IMG/VR virus record: IMGVR_UViG_2713896901_000004
Coordinates: 1 to 11,546 of that record
Length of the DNA: 11,546 nucleotides
From: a virus
Lineage: Duplodnaviria; Heunggongvirae; Uroviricota; Caudoviricetes
Strand: one strand, 5' to 3'
The notes below the pieces were generated by a model. The model did no database searches. It was not told the DNA's origin and worked only from the letters and a program-made list of their open reading frames with translations. Made by a program: the position numbers and the translations under genes. Positions 6,965 through 11,546 of the stretch are shown here, piece after piece. Within the stretch, counting starts at the first letter, position 1. The number at the start of each line of letters is the position of its first letter.

Positions 6965-7476
6965 GCGAGATTAATTATCAGGAAGGGCATGAAACGGCAG
7001 GGCAGGCAAAACCAGTTGCATGGCGATATCGCTACGTGAAAAAAGGCGTTACGGACTTTCAGGAGAATCTGTGGGTTGGTGACTGGAAATATGTACCGAC
7101 AAAAGAGGATTGCAACGACAGGCCGAACTATGAAATTCAGGCCTTATTCGCTGCCCCGCCAGTTCCGGTGACATCAGAAGGACTGGTTAAAGCCGTGCGC
7201 TTTTATGAACAGGTAAAGCGTGAGAATCCACCAGTCGAAACAGGAGTATGGAAAGATGCTGTTGATTGGGTTCTCAAAGAGGCCTGCTGTGCTGTCATTC
7301 TGGGTAAAGCCGACAATCCATTAGCATCCAGTAACCAAGTTGGCGAATTAACAATGTGGGTTAAACGACTGGTCAGTCAACTGAAAAAAGCTAATCCAGA
7401 CTGCAAATTACCGGAGAAGGCGATGGACTACCTGAAGCGGAACGAACTGATAAGCGCGGAGGATGTTTTGCGATGA
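6961..7476 (+). CDS. Hypothetical prophage protein (171 aa)
   Basis: Track ORF, translationally coupled to the upstream small ORF. No family recognised. Confidence 0.55.
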   Translation: MSEINYQEGHETAGQAKPVAWRYRYVKKGVTDFQENLWVGDWKYVPTKEDCNDRPNYEIQALFAAPPVPVTSEGLVKAVRFYEQVKRENPPVETGVWKDAVDWVLKEACCAVILGKADNPLASSNQVGELTMWVKRLVSQLKKANPDCKLPEKAMDYLKRNELISAEDVLR

Positions 7477-7556
7477 CCTGGCCTGAAGCATTCACAACGG
7501 TAGGAATTGCAATAGCGGTGGCGCTGGTGGTGTATTCGATTTGCCACTGGATGTGA
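7473..7556 (+). CDS. Possible 27-aa single-pass membrane peptide
   Basis: ATG 7473 overlaps the stop of the 171-aa gene (ATGA). Translation MTWPEAFTTVGIAIAVALVVYSICHWM is mostly one hydrophobic helix. Not in the ORF track; very short, so low confidence. Confidence 0.3.
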   Translation: MTWPEAFTTVGIAIAVALVVYSICHWM

Positions 7557-7717
7557 GGTATTAAAAAACGCCCCGCACACAGACGTTGAGCGCCTGAGAT
7601 GTGGGGATAGGGAGTTAGTTAAATAGTTATACAACAATACCTGATTTTATATTGAAGCAAGAAATAGGTTGCTACATATTGAACCATGCGCGTGTACGTC
7701 AAATATGGGAGGTCATC

Positions 7718-7807
7718 GTGCTGGTTCTGAAATGTGCGCTGGCTATTGCGGCAGTAATGGCAATTTATTGTCTTGTTATCGTTCTTATGAATCACCTCTC
7801 TGATTGA
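7718..7807 (+). CDS. Possible 29-aa hydrophobic peptide with GTG start and strong SD
   Basis: GGGAGG (7707-7712), 5-nt spacer, GTG 7718. Translation (M)LVLKCALAIAAVMAIYCLVIVLMNHLSD. A candidate promoter TTGAAG-17-CATATT lies at about 7652-7680. Sits just upstream of the hok locus. Not in the ORF track. Confidence 0.3.
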   Translation: MLVLKCALAIAAVMAIYCLVIVLMNHLSD

Positions 7808-7814
7808 TTTTATA

Positions 7815-7843
7815 TTGGCGAGGTGACGTGAGTTAAGTAGAAT
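7815..7843 (+). promoter_or_regulatory. Candidate promoter of the hok/mok mRNA
   Basis: TTGGCG (7815-7820), 17-nt spacer, TAGAAT (7838-7843). The predicted start near 7850 precedes GGGTGCTTGAGGCTATCTGCCTC, which resembles the 5' end of plasmid R1 hok mRNA (recall). Confidence 0.45.
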
Positions 7844-7961
7844 TGCTGCGGGTGCTTGAGGCTATCTGCCTCGGGCATGAACACCAACGGCAGATAGAGA
7901 AAAGCCCCAGTTAACATTACGCGTCCTGCAAGACGTTTAACATTAATCTGAGGCCCAATCT

Positions 7962-8174
7962 ATGCTTCACAAACGTAGGTTAGCCTCTTACGTGCCGAAA
8001 GGCAAGGAGAAGCAGGCTATGAAGCAGCAAAAGGCGATGTTAATCGCCCTGATCGTCATCTGTTTAACCGTCATAGTGACGGCACTGGTAACGAGGAAAG
8101 ACCTCTGCGAGGTACGAATCCGAACCGGCCAGACGGAGGTCGCTGTCTTCACAGCTTACGAACCTGAGGAGTAA
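7962..8174 (+). CDS. mok: Mok-like reading frame: in-frame N-terminal extension of hok (70 aa)
   Basis: Track ORF; ATG 7962 with GAGG 8 nt upstream. It shares frame and stop with hok, as mokC does with hokC in E. coli K-12 (recall). Confidence 0.55.
   Translation: MLHKRRLASYVPKGKEKQAMKQQKAMLIALIVICLTVIVTALVTRKDLCEVRIRTGQTEVAVFTAYEPEE
8019..8174 (+). CDS. hok: Hok/Gef-family type I toxin (51 aa)
   Basis: ATG 8019 with AAGGAGA 8 nt upstream. Translation MKQQKAMLIALIVICLTVIVTALVTRKDLCEVRIRTGQTEVAVFTAYEPEE is a canonical Hok sequence, closest in my memory to HokD/RelF. Confidence 0.85.
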   Translation: MKQQKAMLIALIVICLTVIVTALVTRKDLCEVRIRTGQTEVAVFTAYEPEE

Positions 8175-8242
8175 GAGACCAGGCGGGGGAGAAATCCCTC
8201 GCCACCTCTGATGTGTCAGGCATCCTCAACGCACCCGCACTT

Positions 8243-8270
8243 AACCCGCTTCGGCGGGTTTTTGTTTTTA
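8243..8270 (+). terminator. Rho-independent terminator at the end of the hok mRNA
   Basis: CCCGC-TTCG-GCGGG hairpin (8245-8258) followed by TTTTTGTTTTT. Confidence 0.65.
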
Positions 8271-8282
8271 TTTTCAACGCGT

Positions 8283-8312
8283 TTGAAGTTTTAGATTGTG
8301 CCGGAATAGAAT
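8283..8312 (+). promoter_or_regulatory. Candidate sigma70 promoter for the downstream 86-aa gene
   Basis: TTGAAG (8283-8288), 18-nt spacer, TAGAAT (8307-8312). Confidence 0.35.
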
Positions 8313-8394
8313 CAAAAATACTTAAGTAGCGCGCAGGGAGAAGAGGGATGGACCCCGAACAGGGGAGTGCTATTTATCTGGAAGGATTCTGTTG

Positions 8395-8655
8395 ATGAAA
8401 ATCGAAGAATTACGTGAAATTTTTAGTGAAGATGGCCTCTATACTGTGCGCGTTGAGAATGGCGCTATTGTCAGCCACTGCCGTATTAAATGTTTACAGT
8501 CTCAACAAAGGAAGAGTGGAGCTGCGTTAATTCATTTTGTGGATGGGCTTGTGACGGATGGTTTTATTTTGCGTGCAAATGAATTTGTCACATCGTTGCC
8601 GTCTCTGAAAGAAGCTGGGATTAAGGCTGGTTTTTCTGCTTTTGAAGATGAGTGA
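8395..8655 (+). CDS. Hypothetical small prophage protein (86 aa); may correspond to rem of Qin by position
   Basis: ATG 8395; the track ORF starts at TTG 8392. AGGA about 9 nt upstream. Lies between hok and the DUF968 gene, where rem lies in K-12 Qin (recall); sequence identity not verified. Confidence 0.45.
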   Translation: MKIEELREIFSEDGLYTVRVENGAIVSHCRIKCLQSQQRKSGAALIHFVDGLVTDGFILRANEFVTSLPSLKEAGIKAGFSAFEDE

Positions 8656-8721
8656 ATTCATCTACAATTCAGCGCAGGGCTGAACCCCTGTTGAGTAACA
8701 CTGTGCCACCGGAGAAAGCCG

Positions 8722-9000
8722 ATGGCGCAAAATTCCAGACTACACAATTCTGATAATTCAGCCGTCTTTGCCAGCAGGCACGGGCGGCGTTCTCATGCAT
8801 TCAAATCTGACTGGTTCCAGCACGCCCCATGCACTGAAGAACAGGCCGAATGGCTGATTCAGAACTACCGCAGACGTGGGTATGAGTTTAGGAAAGCCCT
8901 CAGCCTCGATTATCGTCACTGGATAATCTCCGTCAGGCTTCCTTACTCTGAACGCCCACCGCGTCCGTCCCGCACATTCCAGCAACGCATCTGGAGGTAA
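8722..9000 (+). CDS. Hypothetical protein (92 aa), uncertain
   Basis: Track ORF with GGAG 8-11 nt upstream. Arg/Trp-rich composition and no recognisable family; could be a real small gene or a remnant. Confidence 0.3.
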   Translation: MAQNSRLHNSDNSAVFASRHGRRSHAFKSDWFQHAPCTEEQAEWLIQNYRRRGYEFRKALSLDYRHWIISVRLPYSERPPRPSRTFQQRIWR

Positions 9001-9010
9001 CCGGGTACTG

Positions 9011-9997
9011 GTGGAGCCGGAACCGAAAAGCATGCGTAATCTGCCGTCCGGGGTCGTTCCTGCCGTTCGCCAGCCGCTGGCGGAGGATAAATCATTACTG
9101 CCATTTTTCAGCGACGAACGAGTGATTCGTGCTGCTGGTGGCGCTGGCGCATTGTCTGACTGGTTACTGCGCCATGTTAAATCCTGCCAGTGGCCACACG
9201 GCGATTATCACCACAGTGAAACCGTCATTCACCGTTATGGTACCGGCGCAATGGTGTTGTGCTGGCACTGCGACAACCAGCTGCGTGACCAGGCATCCGA
9301 ATCACTCGAGCAACTTGCTCATCAAAACCTGTCAGCATGGATGATTAACGTCATCGGTCACGCAATAAGCGGTACGCAGGAGCGTGAATTATCTCTGGCT
9401 GAATTATCCTGGTGGGCGGTCCGCAATCAGGTGGCGGACGCGCTACCGGAAGCGGTATTACGTCGTTCGCTGGGGTTGCGTGCGGAAAAAATCCGCTCAA
9501 TGTACCGTGAAAGCGACATCGTACCGGGAGAGCAGACCGCCACCAGCATACTGAAGCAGCGCACAAAAAATCTTGCGCCGCTGCCTCACGCCCACCAGCA
9601 AAACCCGCCACAGGAAGAGGCGGTGGTCAGCAAAACCCCGCCACAGGAAGAGGCGGTGGTCAGCATTGCCGTTGATCCGGAGTCACCGGCTCAGTATCTC
9701 CAGCGCCAGAAACCACAACGGGAAGAGATGCCTGTATACACGCGCTGGGTAAAAACGCAGAAATGCATGACGTGCGGTAATCAGGCAGATGATCCGCATC
9801 ACATCATTGGTCATGGACTGGGAGGGATGGGAACAAAGGCTGATGATTTGTTTGTTATTCCGCTGTGCCGTAAATGCCATAGCGAACTACACGCCGGGGT
9901 AAAAGATTTTGAAGAAAAACACGGCAGCCAGCTGTTGTTGCTGATTCGTTTTTTAATGCACGCGAGAAATTCGGGTGTCCTGAAGTGGAAAGCATGA
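9011..9997 (+). CDS. ydfU: DUF968/YdfU-like protein with C-terminal Cys/His (HNH-like) motif (328 aa)
   Basis: Track ORF with GTG start at 9011; an alternative ATG is at 9032. C-terminal CMTCGNQADDPHHIIGHG...PLCRKCHSELH is a Cys-x2-Cys...His-His...Cys-x2-Cys-His arrangement typical of DUF968 proteins (recall). Contains a tandem 30-bp duplication (PPQEEAVVS twice). Confidence 0.65.
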   Translation: MEPEPKSMRNLPSGVVPAVRQPLAEDKSLLPFFSDERVIRAAGGAGALSDWLLRHVKSCQWPHGDYHHSETVIHRYGTGAMVLCWHCDNQLRDQASESLEQLAHQNLSAWMINVIGHAISGTQERELSLAELSWWAVRNQVADALPEAVLRRSLGLRAEKIRSMYRESDIVPGEQTATSILKQRTKNLAPLPHAHQQNPPQEEAVVSKTPPQEEAVVSIAVDPESPAQYLQRQKPQREEMPVYTRWVKTQKCMTCGNQADDPHHIIGHGLGGMGTKADDLFVIPLCRKCHSELHAGVKDFEEKHGSQLLLLIRFLMHARNSGVLKWKA

Positions 9998-10363
9998 ATG
10001 ACTGAACGCATAGAATTTGTTTTGCCTTACCCGCCGACGGTGAATACCTACTGGCGACGTCATGGCAATACGTATTTCATCTCGGAGGCCGGAAAGCGTT
10101 ATCGCCATGATGTGGCGCTAATTGTTCGCCAGCAGCGGTTGAAATTAAACCTGTCCGGAAGGCTGGCGATAAAGATTATTGCAGAGCCATCGGATAAGCG
10201 CCGTCGTGACCTGGACAATATCCTGAAAGCACCACTGGATGCGCCGACGCATGCCGGACTACTCATAGACGACGAGCAGTTTGATGAAATCAATATTGTG
10301 CGCGGTCAGCTCGTTCCTGGTGGGCGGCTGGGGATAAAAATCACAGAATTGGAGTGCGCATGA
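9998..10363 (+). CDS. rusA: RusA Holliday-junction resolvase (121 aa)
   Basis: Track ORF; its ATG abuts the upstream stop. Translation MTERIEFVLPYPPTVNTYWRRHGN...RRRDLDNILKAPLDA...GGRLGIKITE matches the RusA family pattern, including the catalytic RRRDLDN region (recall of E. coli RusA). Confidence 0.85.
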   Translation: MTERIEFVLPYPPTVNTYWRRHGNTYFISEAGKRYRHDVALIVRQQRLKLNLSGRLAIKIIAEPSDKRRRDLDNILKAPLDAPTHAGLLIDDEQFDEINIVRGQLVPGGRLGIKITELECA

Positions 10364-11049
10364 ATAACCAGTATTTACAGTTTGTGCGTGAGCAGCTCAT
10401 TATCGCCACCGCTGATTTGAGTGGGGCAACAAAAGGTCAGCTTGAAGCCTGTCAGGAGAATGCCATGTTCGATACAGGGCGTTACAGGCGAAAAAAAATC
10501 CGGTACCGCGATGAAGTGACTGGAAAAATGATAACGCGGGATAATCCACCAATCCCGGGAAAACAATCACTGGCGAATGGCTCATCAATTGCCCTGGTCA
10601 GCCCGGTTGAGTTTTCGACATCATCATGGCGGCGGGCTTTGCTGTCTCTTGAAGAGCATCATAAAGCCTGGTTGTTGTGGTGTTACGGCGAGAGTATTTG
10701 TTGGGAATATCAGATCGCGATAACACAGTGGGCGTGGAATGAATTTAATACTCAATCCGGTACCAGAAAAATTGCAGGGAAAACGCAGGAACGCCTGAAA
10801 AAATTAATCTGGCTGGCGGCGCAGGCAGTAAAAGCAGAACTTTTTGGTGGGGAAGGTTATGAATACCAGGAGCTGGCATTACTGGCGGGAGTGACAACTA
10901 AAAACTGGTCCAAAACATTTACTCGTCACTGGGTTGCAATGAAACACATTTTTCACCGACTTGATAGTGAGGCTTTATTGTTTGTAATGAGAACACGTTC
11001 AAAACAAAAGGCGGCATTTTCAAAGCAAAGTGTTGCAAAAGTAGATTGA
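10360..11049 (+). CDS. Late-gene antiterminator Q candidate (229 aa)
   Basis: ATG 10360 overlaps the rusA stop (ATGA) with GGAG 5 nt upstream; the track ORF begins at GTG 10354. Call rests on position (after rusA, before a PR'-like promoter, a short-transcript terminator and a tRNA cluster) plus partial recall of Q-family proteins. Confidence 0.55.
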   Translation: MNNQYLQFVREQLIIATADLSGATKGQLEACQENAMFDTGRYRRKKIRYRDEVTGKMITRDNPPIPGKQSLANGSSIALVSPVEFSTSSWRRALLSLEEHHKAWLLWCYGESICWEYQIAITQWAWNEFNTQSGTRKIAGKTQERLKKLIWLAAQAVKAELFGGEGYEYQELALLAGVTTKNWSKTFTRHWVAMKHIFHRLDSEALLFVMRTRSKQKAAFSKQSVAKVD

Positions 11050-11061
11050 AAGGCATATATT
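11033..11061 (+). promoter_or_regulatory. PR'-like late promoter candidate
   Basis: TTGCAA (11033-11038), 17-nt spacer, TATATT (11056-11061), overlapping the 3' end of the Q-like gene. Predicted start near 11068; a terminator follows about 45-70 nt downstream, as with lambda PR'/tR'. Confidence 0.45.
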
Positions 11062-11112
11062 TCATGCAAATCTGATATTTTGCCGATTTTGTACGTGATG
11101 GCAAAAGCAAAC

Positions 11113-11141
11113 AAAACCCGCCCACAAGCGGGTTTTGTTTG
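11113..11141 (+). terminator. tR'-like rho-independent terminator
   Basis: AACCCGC-CCACAA-GCGGGTT hairpin (11115-11134) followed by TTGTTTG. Confidence 0.6.
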
Positions 11142-11258
11142 CCACTTATCTCGGATAGACATGGTGAATGCGCTGGTGGAGGAGGTAAGGGTAATTTTTA
11201 ATCAGGTGATTCTTGAATGCTTGCAACATTTATTTCGTAACGTTATTATCCTGCGCCC

Positions 11259-11334
11259 GGCCCTTTAGCTCAGTGGTGAGAGCGAGCGACTCATAATCGC
11301 CAGGTCGCTGGTTCAAATCCAGCAAGGGCCACCA
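11259..11334 (+). tRNA. tRNA-Ile2-like, anticodon CAU (lysidine type), 76 nt
   Basis: Cloverleaf folded by hand: acceptor GGCCCTT/AAGGGCC, D-arm GCTC...GAGC, anticodon loop CTCATAA, T-loop TTCAAAT, 3' CCA. Closely resembles my memory of E. coli ileX. Met versus Ile2 cannot be decided from sequence alone. Confidence 0.8.
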
Positions 11335-11335
11335 A

Positions 11336-11412
11336 CCGTCAGCAGTTCATCAGGAAAGAGCGTCAACCCTTTAAGTTGAGTGTGCGAGGTTCGAGTCCCC
11401 GGTGGCGGTCCA
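11336..11412 (+). tRNA. tRNA-like gene with noncanonical features; anticodon loop reads CCUUUAA (UUU, Lys-type by position), identity uncertain
   Basis: Hand fold: acceptor 6 of 7 pairs (one G.U, one G/G mismatch), D-stem GTTC/GAGC with one G.U, perfect anticodon stem TCAAC/GTTGA, T-arm CGAGG-TTCGAGT-CCCCG with one A/C mismatch, 3' UCCA. Position 8 is C and position 33 is C, both atypical. Confidence 0.45.
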
Positions 11413-11414
11413 GT

Positions 11415-11490
<76 letters not shown>

Positions 11491-11493
11491 TAT

Positions 11494-11546
<53 letters not shown>

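Noticed and set aside
7557-7620. Possible terminator hairpin after the 27-aa ORF (CCCCGCACA...TGTGGGG)
   Set aside because: The stem is imperfect with a roughly 20-nt loop and no downstream U-tract; it may be RNA structure, but I cannot support calling it an intrinsic terminator.
7930-8010. Sok antisense RNA gene on the minus strand
   Set aside because: Expected by analogy with hok/sok loci, but I could not find a convincing minus-strand promoter and terminator pair, so it is recorded only as a finding.
3760-9663. CRISPR array
   Set aside because: The only tandem repeats are the short ACCCAAA iterons inside a coding linker and one 30-bp duplication inside a gene; there is no repeat-spacer periodicity.
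8758-10293. Track ORFs 8758..9033 (-), 9129..9344 (+), 9351..9611 (-), 9683..9880 (-), 9811..10011 (-) and 10099..10293 (-)
   Set aside because: Shadow ORFs overlapping the DUF968-like and rusA genes, without SDs.
10375-11268. Track ORFs 10375..10566 (-), 10400..10588 (-), 10919..11125 (-), 10953..11162 (-) and 11080..11268 (+)
   Set aside because: They overlap the Q-like gene or span the PR'/tR' promoter-terminator region; 11080..11268 would run through a strong terminator hairpin.

Overview
This window looks like the early-to-late control region of a lambdoid, Qin-like prophage from an Enterobacteriaceae (E. coli-like) genome. All family names below come from reading the translations and from recall of known proteins; no database search was run. 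Left to right: (1) a minus-strand dicA-led operon matching the E. coli K-12 Qin 'dicB operon' (dicA, ydfA, ydfB, ydfC, dicF sRNA, dicB, a YdfD-like membrane peptide, and a 5'-partial gene); (2) a divergent Cro/DicC-like gene followed by a YdaT-like gene and a two-gene replication module (initiator with internal ACCCAAA iterons, then a P-like loader candidate); (3) about 2.6 kb of tightly packed genes of unknown function, including two overlapping, strongly acidic small proteins; (4) a hok/mok type I toxin locus with its own promoter, long-range 5'/3' complementarity and terminator, preceded by an unannotated 29-aa hydrophobic ORF; (5) a DUF968/YdfU-like protein, RusA, a Q-like antiterminator, a PR'-like promoter with tR'-like terminator, and three tRNA-like genes. 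No CRISPR array, integrase or att site is visible. The best candidates for something undescribed are the unknown-function cluster (4917-7556) and the small hydrophobic ORF beside hok; I cannot show from sequence alone that either is a novel system.
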